Origin: Octopus sinensis
Lineage: Eukaryota
NCBI RefSeq assembly: GCF_006345805.1
Contig: NC_043005.1
Location: forward strand, 22,134,001-22,198,000
Length of the DNA: 64,000 bases
Direction of reading: 5' to 3'
Below the pieces are notes generated by a model that searched no databases, was not told the origin of the DNA, and worked only from the letters and a program-made list of their open reading frames with translations. Positions within the stretch are counted from its first letter, which is position 1. Each line of letters opens with the position of its first letter. Of the stretch, positions 26,419 through 38,895 are shown in pieces. The position numbers and the translations under genes are program-made.

Positions 26419-26541
26419 GAGAGCTGCTCTCCACAGTCCCCAAGACAAAGTTGCTGCTGTGATGGGCATGGATATCACCCTTGGCTATTTCTATAAGATT
26501 TTGGCCGAGAAAGTACCAGCCTGTGAACAACCAACTGTTAG
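26419..26541 (+). CDS. CACHD1: CACHD1 exon 18 (RAALHSPQDKVAAVMGMDITLGYFYK...CEQPTV)
   Basis: cttgcag / gtaaga, phase 2 to 2. Confidence 0.94.
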
Positions 26542-26719
26542 GTAAGAAGTTATTTTTTATGATTTCAGTATGAATAGGTTGGTCTGATTTGAGAGAGATT
26601 CAGTTATTTGTAGCAGGTTCAGTGACCAAGTAGAAGTCATGTAGCATTTGAAGAAGTAATTAATAAGGCTATATTTCATGCTCACCTCTTTCCATATTTT
26701 ATTCTGTAACAAGTACACA

Positions 26720-27240
26720 GACACATCCATCTGTCCGTCCGTGTGGAGCAAGCAGTGCTCCCCCTAGATAAGGCTGCTTGGTTGTTTAGGACGCTAACGA
26801 GTGATGTCGTCTCCAGATCAACACCAAGCGACCAATATCCTGAACTGCCTGCATGCAGATTGGAAGCTGCACCGTCCAGTGACATTGCCGTTTTCACCCC
26901 TACCCATCGTTCATTTGCCATGGCCCAGCAAGTTAGGATGATGATAGAGAGATCCTCGGATCATAGGTTTTATATCGGAGTGTCCTTCTAGACAGGCTGC
27001 CAATCATGGCTAATGAGTCCCATCTACTTGGAGTGGCCTGGTTATACTGCACCAGACACCTGCAGTTGTCCTGTCCTGTTGGTTTATATCCAGGTGATAC
27101 CATGAGGAGGTTGAAGTAGGACTTGGGGTTTACACCATTTTTTGGAAGTTTTAGTCCAGTATGGTGCTCCCACAAGTAGCATCTGGTGACTATGTGGACC
27201 CCCATATACCGCCCAAGAAAAGGTGGCTTTAAGAAAGCTC
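26720..27240 (-). mobile_element. GC-richer island, probable LINE 5' UTR fragment
   Basis: Composition jump in an AT-rich intron; GGCAGCCTGTCTAGAAGGACACTCCGATATAAAACC resembles RTE-type 5' UTRs as remembered; no credible ORF. Confidence 0.4.
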
Positions 27241-27750
27241 TTCTCCTACACTCTTTATGTGTAATTGATTTCATATTATGTACGAACCATAGCTTACCCA
27301 AGATTTGATGTTAGAGAGAGCTGAGTCACTTAATATCCAAATTATTTCATAAAATGATATTTTTATTTTGTGTATTAATCTTTGGTAAAATATTTTGATT
27401 GCTAGCTTCTGAAGTCTTTGAGATACCAGAATAAACACTGAAGTTATAACTCAAGCAAATAAGCATAAAAAAACAATAGCATATAATTTTTTAACAGTTT
27501 GATATGTGAGATAGTAGATGTGTGTGTGTATGTGCTACTGAGGGAAGTTACAGCTTCACATTGATTGGGATGTATGGATAAATGTTATCTTGCCTATTAT
27601 ATATTGATGGAATTATTTCTTTAAAATTGAAGTTTATTAATTTTAAAGCTATTATGTTTCCGTTTTGCATTGATATAAAAAAAATGTAACTGTAAATTAT
27701 AACTACACCAAATATCACTGATCATCCCTTTTTTTGTTGTATGGTTGTAG

Positions 27751-27850
27751 ATGCTTTATCATGGATGATAATGGCTACCTCATTTCTCATCCTGACCTTA
27801 TTGAACCAAATCGAAAAGGTCCTGTTGAGCAACAACATATCACACACAAG
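27751..27850 (+). CDS. CACHD1: CACHD1 exon 19 (CFIMDDNGYLISHPDLIEPNRKGPVEQQHITHK)
   Basis: ttgtag / gtaagt, phase 2 to 0. Confidence 0.96.
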
Positions 27851-28927
27851 GTAAGTGCCATATTGTGTCAAAGCCAACTCTGGATTGATTTATTCATCTT
27901 ACATTAGTGAATGCCTTTGATGTCCAGTTTTCTCGATTGTATTCTTGTATGATTAATTAACTATTTTAATAAGCAAATATCTGAGCTTACAGCTTCTTAC
28001 ATGTATGCACGTGCACGCACACACACACTGTTGACCATCTATTCAGTAGTTAACTCCTAACAATAACATATAACACACCAGCATGGTCCTGTGACTATGA
28101 AGTCTGCTTTACAATCATGTTGTTTCGGGTTCTGTCCCACTGCACCACACGTTAGGCAAATGTTTTCTACCATAGCTCTCAGTCAGCCAATGTTTTGGAG
28201 GTGAATTTACAAGGATCACATAAAAAATGTCCACTACACTCTTGGAGTGGTTGGCGTTACGAATGGCATCCAACTGTAGAAACCTTGCCGAATCAGATTG
28301 GAACCTGGTGAAGCCCCCTAGCTTACCATGCCAGCATAGAAAGTAGATATTAAATGATGATGATGAAACTACAGAGCTCATCCTGTACGAGTGTCTCTGC
28401 ATGAAATTCTCTACTAACATTATTGTTTATTGATATTTTCTCAGTCAACAAATACTCCAGTATTTCTTCACTTTCAAAGTTATGTGGAATGAAACTCTCT
28501 TACGTGAAGAAAAAGCAAAGGTTATCTGGATGTTAAAACAATGTTTTGGTAACATGTATTCATCTAACCCTTGCCACTATAGAAGAAATGAATGTAAAAC
28601 GAATTAATGTATGTGTGTATGCGTAAAGCATTTGTATCACAAAATGACTACCATAATAGATCTGTCACTTTTCAGGAGAATGGAAGGTATCTTTCTCCAT
28701 TGTAAGCCATTATTAGTTTCTGTCAGAATCACATTGGCCATATTTTCTGGATTTCATATTGGATGGAGTTGGTTTATAATGTAATATTTATTATGAATTG
28801 TGTTTTGTACAATAAGGATCTTTACTTGGGACTATAGTGTTGCTTACAAATAAATAACTGTTCACTATAGTTTATATATGTTATACCATGTTAAAATCAC
28901 ACAAATAACTAAGTGTTAACATATTTA

Positions 28928-29148
28928 CCCTTTTAGCATTCAGGTTATTTTCTCAAATGTAATGCTTTATTATTCACATTATCTTGAATTAATCATGCAT
29001 TATCTTGTAGCTTAGGGATTTCAATTATGAGAGTGTACATTTTTAGAGTAATATTGTAGGGTAAATGTGAGCAGCTAGATTTGAACAGTTTGCACATCAA
29101 ACATGTAGAATATTTGGGCCAGTTGTGGCCAGTTTAAATACTAAAGGG
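28928..29148. mobile_element. piggyBac-like MITE
   Basis: CCCTTTTAGCATT ... AATACTAAAGGG termini, TTAA on the right, TTTA on the left; homologous copy at 63509-63708. Confidence 0.65.
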
Positions 29149-29693
29149 TTAAATTATGAAGCATTAAAAGATCACTGAAATTATATAGGAATAATATTCT
29201 CCTTGTTCAGTTAATGAGCTGTAACTTTGGTCATGGTTGAGAGTGAGAGTCAAATTAGTCAGAAGGCAAACAATATTTCAGTTTTTCTTTCCTATCTGTC
29301 TAAAATGGCACAAGCACTTTCATACATATATATACTCACAATGGAGTTCCCACCTTCTATATTCACCCACAAGGCTTTGGTCATTTCAAGGCTATAGCGG
29401 AAGACACTTGTCCAAGATGCTGTGCAGCAGTACTGAACCTGAAACCATGTGATAGCTCTATATGTTTGCAAATTTATCACCTTGTACACACACATGTGCA
29501 TTAACAGTGCTCACAGCCAAAATACATAGTAAACAATGAAATTCATTGTATGTCCTGATAAGAAGCGAAGGACTTGGCTCTTAGATATTTTGGGGTATGA
29601 ATGCTTGTGTGTGTATGTGCATGTGAGGGGGCATGATATATACACCCCTAATGATTTGTCTTGATTTGATATAATTTTGTTTCTTTTCTTCAG

Positions 29694-29792
29694 GAACCAC
29701 TCATAGCAAATGATATATTGAATCATCGAGGATTTGTTCAGAAGAAACTCTGCAATAGATACAATGACCGAACTGTTCAAAGATTCTATAAT
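29694..29792 (+). CDS. CACHD1: CACHD1 exon 20 ([33 protein letters not shown])
   Basis: cttcag / gtaagc, phase 0 to 0. Confidence 0.96.
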
Positions 29793-30371
29793 GTAAGCTG
29801 TAAAACCTAAGTTTTGCTCTGCTCTTCATAAATAAGGAACATTCAAATCTCAAGTATTTTAAGTATTGCCACCTATGTTCACAATTATTGAAAGTTATGT
29901 ATATAAGGAGAAAATTGTTACCAGATTTCACAGGAATTCATGTTGTGATTTCTTTATTTTTCATTACTTTTGTATTAGTTCATAAATAAAGAAGCACAGT
30001 GGCTTCTTTATTTAGGTACTGGACTACTGAGCATATGGTGACAAGTTTGAACCTTCTACTATTCCAGAGTAAGATACACAAGTCTGCTTGCTTTAGTTAG
30101 CATAAGTATTTGAGATAATATAGGACAAGTTCACAAATTAATTAAATGTAATAATGAAATGACTTCAGGTTTGAATTATAGTTTCTGAAAACAGAAGCAA
30201 AATCTTCAAATCACCATACCATCCTAAAAAAGGAAGAACATATTGAATAATGTGGACTAGATACAGTTTGCCTGAAAAAACAATGTTGATTAAGGCTAGA
30301 TCACTTTTATTATCATTATTAACTTCTCATTAGATGAATAATTTTTCAAGTATTATTTAAAGCAGTCATTT

Positions 30372-30575
30372 CATCATCATCATCGTTTAACGTCCGCTTT
30401 CCATGCTAGCATGGGTTGGACGGTTCGACTAGGGTCTGGGAAGCCAGGAGGCTGCGCTAGGCCCAGTCTGATCTGGCAGTGTTTCTACAGCTGGATGCCC
30501 TTCCTAACGCCAACCACTCTGTGAGTGTAGTGGATGCTTTTTACGTGCCAGGCGAGGCTGGCAACGGCCATGATC
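30372..30575 (-). mobile_element. Young SINE/RTE-tail copy
   Basis: Near-identical to 38695-38895 and 49463-49755. Confidence 0.85.
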
Positions 30576-31343
30576 GGTTGGTGCCATACAATTATGTAAT
30601 GGTTATAGTACAATTAATTAGGAAGGACATTGGCTTAGATGAGATGCACTCAGGTTGTAATTTATTGAGGATGAAAGTAAGAATATTTGAATAAGTTATG
30701 GGGAGAGAGAGAGAGAGATAAAAGCATGTAGAAATATATGGGCATACCCTATAATAGCATGTTACTGCATCCACCATCTGTTGGTGACTCCCTACTCTTG
30801 GTGGATGGCACCAGTGCGCCACTCAGGCAGCAACCTTCCAATCCTTGGTGTTATTTGGATAGTCATTGCTAGTGAGGGTTTTGCAAGGTTGGAGTGCAAA
30901 TCCTACCGCAACCTCTTTTAGTCAGGTCTATTTGACATGCTGGTCCCTCCATGCAAGCTAGGAAGAGACCACAAGAACAATCCAACAATTGACTTTTTAT
31001 AGATACGGTGATGTCATAGATATAAGGTGAAAGACTTAGATAGTATCAGAAAATAATGGTATGATAAAAATGAATATAACAGTGAATGTTTTTATGACTG
31101 ATCTAATTTTTGTGTGTGTAGTTGAGATAGATTGAAGTAGTGTTTCAGTAGTCAGGCTGTTGATGTACAGTAAAAGATATTAATAACTAATATATAACAT
31201 AATCACAAAATAGTAATGAAGATAAAATGAATTGTGTATGTGTTGTTATTGTTAGAGTGACTCTAAAATAAGATCTCAGTTCAAATCAGTTGATAAAGAA
31301 GTACAACTGAGAAATGTAATACTTATTTTTTTTATATTTCTAG

Positions 31344-31409
31344 TTCAACACTAGTCTTGAAGGAGTCCTCACGAATTTGGTCCATGGAGAACATTGTGCT
31401 CGTTACCAG
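31344..31409 (+). CDS. CACHD1: CACHD1 exon 21 (FNTSLEGVLTNLVHGEHCARYQ)
   Basis: ttctag / gtatgt, phase 0 to 0. Confidence 0.95.
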
Positions 31410-34400
31410 GTATGTAAATATATTTATAATTGAGTGAAAGAATAAAGTTAAAATTTGATTGTGTGTATGTGTATCATCAGTGTATTAATATCCACTTTCT
31501 CACACCTGCATGGGTCAGATGGAGTTTATTGAGGCAGATTTTCTCTGGCTGGATGCTGTTTCTTGTTGCCAGCAAAATATTGAGAATGAATGACACTGCT
31601 TGCATGACAATAGCAATAATTTATAACTATCATGATATCAAAACAAGGAGACACAAATGCATGTCCGTACACACACATACATGACAGACTTGTTTCAGTT
31701 TCTCTCTATTTGATCCACTTTGGGCAGCCCAGAGCTATAGCAGAAGACATTTGTTCAAGGTATCACACCATGGGACTGAACCTGAAACTATGTTGTTGGG
31801 AAGTAAACTTTGAGCTTATTGTATAGTGTTCAGGGGTATTACAACTCATTAGAAAAGGATAAAGGAAGGGACAGAAAGCCACAATAAATCGAGTAAAGAC
31901 AGACAGCTATGGTAGCCCAAAGTGCATGCATGATACACACAATAAAACACAAAAGGGCATGAAAGTGAATAGTAAAAGAGCCATAAAGAGGAAAGGGTGT
32001 ATAGGTATATCAGGAGAGTGTTGATGAATTTGTGGAAGCATGGAATTTTTCAAGGATGCCATGTATTTTAGAAAGCCTTTGAATGACTGACAAAAGTCTT
32101 ACTTGAGTGATGCTAAGATGCCTTTAAAGCAGTTATATAAAAGCATCAAGTATATTATGTGAACCTGAAAGTATCATGAACTTTGGTATATATGTACAGA
32201 CACATAGTTATTGGATCTTGAGAGGAATTTCCTTGATCTCCACAAAGATGGAATGTATGTGGGCAGTGGCCATAATATACACCTGTGAAGATGAATTTTG
32301 ATTAATTATTTGATCTGCCCATTTAATGTTTTAAACAACATAAGAGAGAGAAGCCTCTTTGCTAGAAATATCAACCATATGCCCAAATCGCACCCTCTTG
32401 TCTTAAATGGAAGGACATATGGGATATTTGTTGTTCTAGATATATTATTTGAATAAAATAAGAAATATCTGATCATAGGTTTGTTCCACATGGGCTGCCC
32501 TGGGTCTAAACATCTAAGTTCTAAAAGGAAGTATTACTTTACAGGCATCTTGCAGCAAATTTTCCTCAGTAAATTCCTTCTGACCCATGTAAGATGGAAA
32601 AGTAGACATTGAATGATGAAGCGTCCCACATTAAACATTACTTCAGTTGTTTTAATACTTTAGTCATTAAATATGTTTTCACCTAAAAGAACTGATTTTT
32701 ATGATTTGTTTATTGCTAGTCAATATTATTGGGGATTTGTGGCTTCCTACGAGTTTCAACTTTCGGAACTACAGTTGAACTTTAAATTAACTGTTATATC
32801 CTTAATTAAGTCTCTAGCACTATACTTGAATGTATGGCTAAAACAAAAACTGATCAGCAGTATTTATGGCAATATAATTCAGTATTTCAGAGGTTTGGGT
32901 TCCTTTTTTATTATAATTAGCTTGATGACAATGTAGAATAGAGAGAATGTTTTAGTCTCATAGTGGACAAGATAATTTCTTACTAGTGCTGGTGCCAAGA
33001 TAAGAATTACATTGTGATGTGGTTGGCAAACAAACCATGACAATGTAGCATAACACAGACGTTTTGATTGTTATAGGGACAATGCAACCTCTCTAGTGTT
33101 GTTGTCTTGATAAAATGCATCTGGTACACTTTGGCAAGTGGTTGATGAATGAATGGAAAGAACATAGGGCAAAGTGGGATGTTTAGTTTTTCTAGGGATG
33201 TGACATCCTCTCTTTCTAGGTACTGTGATAAAATGTAACCAGTACATTCTGTAAAGCAATTTATATTAGCAAGGGCATCACACTGTAGAAATCATACCAG
33301 GAATGAAATGTTCAAATATGATCATCCTATGACCTGTCTAGGAAAGCAGTAACTCTGAATAAGAATTGATTTAGATCTTAACAACCTATCCAACCCATGT
33401 CAGCATGGAACATTAGATCTAAAACAGTATGTTAAATATGTAGTCAAGTAAAAGATGTGACAGTAAAATTATTGGTAAAGTAAGATTTATGAAAAGAAAC
33501 TAGCTCAAAATGTAGATATGTGTAGGTGTGTATGTTTGTATTGATATATATTTGTGTAGTTTATGTGTATATATGTTTGTGAAGATATATATATGTGTAA
33601 TTTATCCGTGTTTGTACAGATACATATGTTTAGAGATTGTGTGTAAATGTTACTGAGTACATGTATGCAGGTGTTTGTGGGTATGATGCATTGTTCTGAT
33701 TGTGTATGTGAGAAGTTATATCTTTGACCTGTTAAGCTTTAAGACTCATATCATACTCTTGTTACCATTGAGATATCTTGTGATCAGTCCTTAAAATGTT
33801 TAAGCAATTGATTTTGATCACTCTTTTCTTTTACTCCTTTACACTCTATAGGCATGTAGTTGTATACATGGGTATATATGCATATGCACATACAAATTTT
33901 GTATACATACTGAGACTGTTTCATGTTTTGTTGCATGTGCACATGTTCAAAATCAACTGCCCTATAAAATTGTTACATAGGATAGTACGCTAGGACCTAG
34001 TTTCTGGTGCCACAACAAAAGGTACCCTGTTGAAATGGTAACCTACTTCCACCTACTTCCTAGATCATATGTGCATTTACATACATAACCATTAATGTCC
34101 TTACTTCACCTATGTGATAGAGTTGTAGGACTTGTTATATGTATGTCTAGGTAACTGTGTCATTAAGTCCACACATAGTTTTGCATAGGTAGGTGGATGG
34201 GTACTGGAGTGTACAGGCTGTTTTGAGTACCTGTGGTCAAGGGAAACTCAGGAATGCACAGCAAAAAGTGTTGAGGTCAAGTATTTATATATTAAGGCAC
34301 ACAAATAAAATTACCAAAGGTCAATATAAGTAGTGATATGCTGTATAGAAAATATGTTCAACACATAACATGTGAGAGTGATGACAGGAGCAGGAAAGAA

Positions 34401-34676
34401 GCTATGTTGTACCTACTGTCTTAACTGAAATGACACTACAGTATCTAAATAAAAGAGTGGATGGTTACAGCTGTACCATCTTTGATTACAAGACTGTTAG
34501 ATTAATGGCCATGCTGAATTCCTTCCATTGTCTACCTTCACATCAAATATTGAATATGTTATGGTTTTTAATCATATTCTTTTCTTGAAAATAGTTTGAT
34601 TTATTTTAGTTTTTATATTTTATTTGTACTGTTTATTATATGTTATATTTGTTGTAACTTTTTTTTATATATATAG

Positions 34677-34763
34677 ATAACACAAATTCCTGGCACAAAT
34701 GCTTTCCTTGGAATAGTCAACCATACTTGTGACACAGCAACTGCTTTCTGTCCTTGCAGCATG
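34677..34763 (+). CDS. CACHD1: CACHD1 exon 22 ([29 protein letters not shown])
   Basis: atatag / gtgagt, phase 0 to 0; IPGTNAF motif. Confidence 0.95.
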
Positions 34764-36308
34764 GTGAGTAAATATGAACAATAAATCCCCAAGTATTCAA
34801 GTTCTTTCTGGTAAACTGTATTATTGCAGGCTGTCGAATTGTAATGACCAAGTAGATATCATACTGGACTACTGACCTGTAGTTCAAGTTCATCATGTAT
34901 TTGAACAATACACTTAATTGTACATTAACTGCAGCTGATTTAACAAATGGTAAAAAAGATATTAGTAGATTATCTTAGAATGTTACTGTTACAGGTGATA
35001 AAATGTTATGTAGAATGGTATGAAATAGTTATTTTTTACCATGTTAACCCAATGACAGTGCTGAGGTGTAACTTTTAAAAGTCCCCTTAAGCTTGTGGAA
35101 ACATTGATATTTTGCATGGCTTTCAATAAAACATAAGAGAAATGGCAAAGTTGACATAGTATTGGATTTACTAAATTATATGTCTTCAATTCAAATTCAT
35201 TGGGTAGTAGTCTTAATCTGTCACCCAGTTAAATACTACCACCTGTGTGCTTTTAGTGGAGTTCACTCTGTTGCAAATATCCAGAGTAGGTCTCCAGTCT
35301 GAAGATAATTTACTTCATTCCTCTAATGGTGTACATGAAAATAAGTCTGCAGATTATTATGTTTCATAACCAGATGGGCAAGGCAGTAACTGTCCATGCC
35401 TCTTTTATGGGCCTCCAAGTTTGTTGAGAGGTAGGGAAGGAGTTATCTTCTACCAGCAATCTAGTCCAGATGCTTGCAACATTGGATTCCATTAAAGGCA
35501 TCCAAGGTAACAAGTGATGGTATTGTTTCACTGTGTGAGATGCCTGTGCACTGAGTTGGGCTGTGATAGCTGTAAAAATCTTATAAGCTACAATAATGGT
35601 TGTTGGTACTGCTATCTGTTGGTGATTAAGTATATCTGCTGATATAGCAGCATGATGCATGGTTGAGAAGAATTAATTAATTTGGCTGACAAATACATTC
35701 ATGAGTGTAAGTTTGTATTGCTGGCATGCCATGAATGTAGTTTACTCTATTACATGAGAAACTGGGACAGGTGTTTTTTTGTTAGATAATATATTTTTAT
35801 TCTTTAATGGTTGCTCTTGCTACCACTAACCATCCAAATATAGGAACAAAATCACTTTTTGTTCCTTTCTCAGGAACAACCCAATGGCTCTTCTACAATT
35901 TGAATCAATGGACCTGTCATTATTATTAAATATTTTCTGTTGCCATCTCAACTCAAGTTACAGTTTCTATTCAGACCATTACATTCTATACCACTTAGAC
36001 ATACTTAATCCAGTTATCTCTTCTTTATTTACTCTCTCTATTGTTTTACTCTGAGCACAAACTCAGTACTCTACTTTGTCTCCTCTCTACAGCTACAATT
36101 TCTGCAAGTTGTAGTTGAACATTAATCATATCATCTTTGTTTGTTTGAAGAAGTCTACAAATGTTATGGGCAGTGACCCTCATCTTCACCTGAGAGAATT
36201 TAACTGACAATATTTATATAACCTTTAATAGGCTCTTTGTCCTATAAATTCCATTATTCAACTAACAATTCTTCTCTTTTAACAATATTTCTGTTTATTC
36301 ATTTGTAG

Positions 36309-36424
36309 ATTGACCGTCTGTGTCTCAATTGTCATCGAATGGAGCAAAGTGAATGCGAGTGTCCTTGTGAATGTCCCCTTGAAATGAACTTCTGTACTGG
36401 AGGCTTGTTACAAGAAGACGACAA
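36309..36424 (+). CDS. CACHD1: CACHD1 exon 23 (IDRLCLNCHRMEQSECECPCECPLEMNFCTG...)
   Basis: ttgtag / gtgagt, phase 0 to 2; CECPCEC motif. Confidence 0.96.
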
Positions 36425-36479
36425 GTGAGTTTGATATTTTCCGTCTATAGAGTATTATGATTTTTAAATATTATTTTAT

Positions 36480-36498
36480 GTGTGTATGTGTGCTTGTG

Positions 36499-36543
<45 letters not shown>

Positions 36544-36660
36544 TTGTTCAAAAATGATAAATCTCTACTCTACAAAAGTATAGAGTAACCCTTCACGTCA
36601 ATGTAGAATTGTTTTTATTATAACTGAACATAAAGACAAACATTAATATGTATGTTTATA

Positions 36661-36707
<47 letters not shown>

Positions 36708-36840
36708 GTATACACACATATGGTTACGTGTATATATATTTATGTATATATATATACACATATATATAAACACTGAAGATAAAATAAATATATATATATA
36801 TATATATATGCACATATAAAAAATACAAAAATATATATAG
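36480..36840. repeat. Compound (TG)/(TA)/(CA) microsatellite region
   Basis: Visible dinucleotide runs. Confidence 0.9.
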
Positions 36841-37015
36841 AAGGACCTGCCTAGAAAAAGTTATATAAAAATCAACTAAAGTTGGGGATTAAGTTGAATT
36901 ATTAAAGCATCAATTGAGTAAAAAATTTACCTATCAATTAAAAATGTTTCAAAATAACCAGTTCTTTAAAATTAAGCAATCTAAGAGAGTTCTAAAACAA
37001 GTAAATCAAAATCCA

Positions 37016-37059
37016 CATCTATGGCCATTTTGGGAGTTCAGTGACTCCTCTTCAGGATG
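37016..37059 (-). ncRNA. Decayed type I hammerhead ribozyme motif
   Basis: CATC-CTGAAGA-GGAGT(cactga)ACTCC-CAAA-ATGGCCAT-A-GATG; palindromic stem III; GAAA core mutated. Confidence 0.7.
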
Positions 37060-37221
37060 AACAGAACTCTCTAGGAATTTCACAGTCAAGTAATTGACAA
37101 GAATTACAATATGGGCGCAATTCTTATTTATAACCTTCAGCATGACCTGTGCAAAATTCCTAACTACAACAAAAAAAAAAAAACACACACACACAAAAGA
37201 AAAAAATGCTATATACTCTCT

Positions 37222-37607
37222 TTTATTTGTTTCAATCATTTGACTGCGGCCATCCTGGAGCACTGCCTTTAGTCGAGCAAATCAACCCCAGGGCTTATTC
37301 TTTATAAGCCTAGTACTTATTCTATTGCTCGCTTTTGCCAAACCGCTAGGTTACAGGGACATAAACACACCAGCATTGGTTGTCAAGCGATGTTGTGGGG
37401 ACAAATACAGACATACAAACACAAACACACACACATATATATATATACATATATATATACGACAGGCTTCTTTCAGTTTCCGTCTACCAAATCCACTCAC
37501 AAGGCTTTGGTCAGCCTGAGGCTATAGTAGAAGACACTTGCCCAAGGTGCCACACAGTGGGACTGAACCCAGAACCATGTGGTTGGCAAGCAAGCCACTC
37601 TTGCGCC
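37222..37607 (-). mobile_element. Full-length tRNA-derived octopus SINE
   Basis: Head GGCGCAAGAGTGGC...GGTTCTGGGTTCAGTCCC, core GGGCAAGTGTCTTCTACTATAGCC, tail TGATTGAAACAAATAAAAG. Confidence 0.88.
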
Positions 37608-38694
37608 TAAAGAAATTATATTTCATTTTATGGCTAACCAGGTAGGTGGCTGCTATTCATAGGAATTCGTCTATCTGGTTTTGAAACTCAGTAAGCAAAC
37701 TAAATATTATCTACCACATCTAGCTTTCTATATATGTTCAGAAAAGTAGAGGAAAACTTTTGGTTGCAGAAAGGGATCACCTCTATAAATTTATTTGATG
37801 TTTTTCTCCCAAAGGACCTAAGGATGGCAAGAGATTCCCACATACATAAGTTACTCTTGTTAATATTAACACTAATTTAAGGGTCCCTTGAAATTATGAC
37901 CATTCAAGAAAGTAACTTTTATCATTCCCCTTTAAACCACGTACATAAGAGACAAGTGTAGTGGAGTTGTAATATTTTTCGTTTGAAAATGAATTCATGT
38001 GGGCTCTGTACCTCACCTTAGAATTGACAGTACTGCCTATATAACCCCTATCCAAACTGTCCTCCTCTCAAACTACACATTTATAAATTACATTTGTAAT
38101 CAAACAGAACCCATAAAGGGGATATAACGTAGGGTTTCTGAAATTACAGGATTTACTAGAACCACCTTTATCCCTATTACTGATACTAACATTATTTATC
38201 TGATTTCCTGCATTCTTCCTCTTGGATATCCCATTAATGGAGGTCGGTAATGCCGGTGAATGTAAATGGCTAGTAACACTAACCTTGGGCTTATTAGAGC
38301 TTACCAGCCCAATACCAGAGTTTCCAACAGAGGAATACTTCCAGTGCTCTTGCCCACTTAATTTGCTTCTATTAATAGATGCAATAATGGAGTCCAAATT
38401 CAGCATTACCAAGTAAGAAAATTTAATGGAGGATTTGTTTCAGATAACACATAAGTGTCCTACTTATGATTCTTCGAGAAATTCTTCTTCAGAATCTGGG
38501 AAGAACCAGATGACTTCCCACTTTGCTTGCAATATCTATTTCTAAAATCTCTTTATACGTATCTAATGGATGGCTTACATTGGTTGCAATCAATTAATGC
38601 ATTGTGCTTCTTGAGACTTCCTGTGACATGGTCAGATGGTAGACCAGTCAGCTTGTTCTTAAGTCTCGTGTTAGATATATATATATATATATAT

Positions 38695-38895
38695 CATCAT
38701 CATCGTTTAACATCCGTTCTCCATGCTAGCATGGGTTGGACGGTTCGACCAGGCTCCAGTCTTTTCTGGCAATGTTTCTACAGCTGGATGCCCTTCCTAA
38801 TGCCAACCACTCCGTGAGTGTAGTGGGTGCTTTTTACGTGCCACCCGCACAGGTGCCAGGCGAGGCTGGCAACGGCCACGGTCGGATTGGTGCAT
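38695..38895 (-). mobile_element. Young SINE/RTE-tail copy inserted into the Penelope-like ORF
   Basis: Diagnostic CATCATCATCGTTTAAC start, preceded by (TA)n. Confidence 0.85.

Noticed and set aside
26557-27301. Cluster of 64-122 aa ORFs in a GC-richer island
   Set aside because: No splice-compatible link to CACHD1 and no recognisable domain; better explained as a LINE UTR relic. I looked for an HDV-like ribozyme but could not build a convincing double pseudoknot by eye.
32020-32330. Minus-strand text resembling a decayed retroelement C-terminus (RLLSVIQRLS)
   Set aside because: Multiple stops and no diagnostic motif; cannot be assigned without a profile search.
35364-35660. 98-aa minus-strand ORF in intron 22
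   Set aside because: No recognisable domain or splice signals; probably an old TE remnant.
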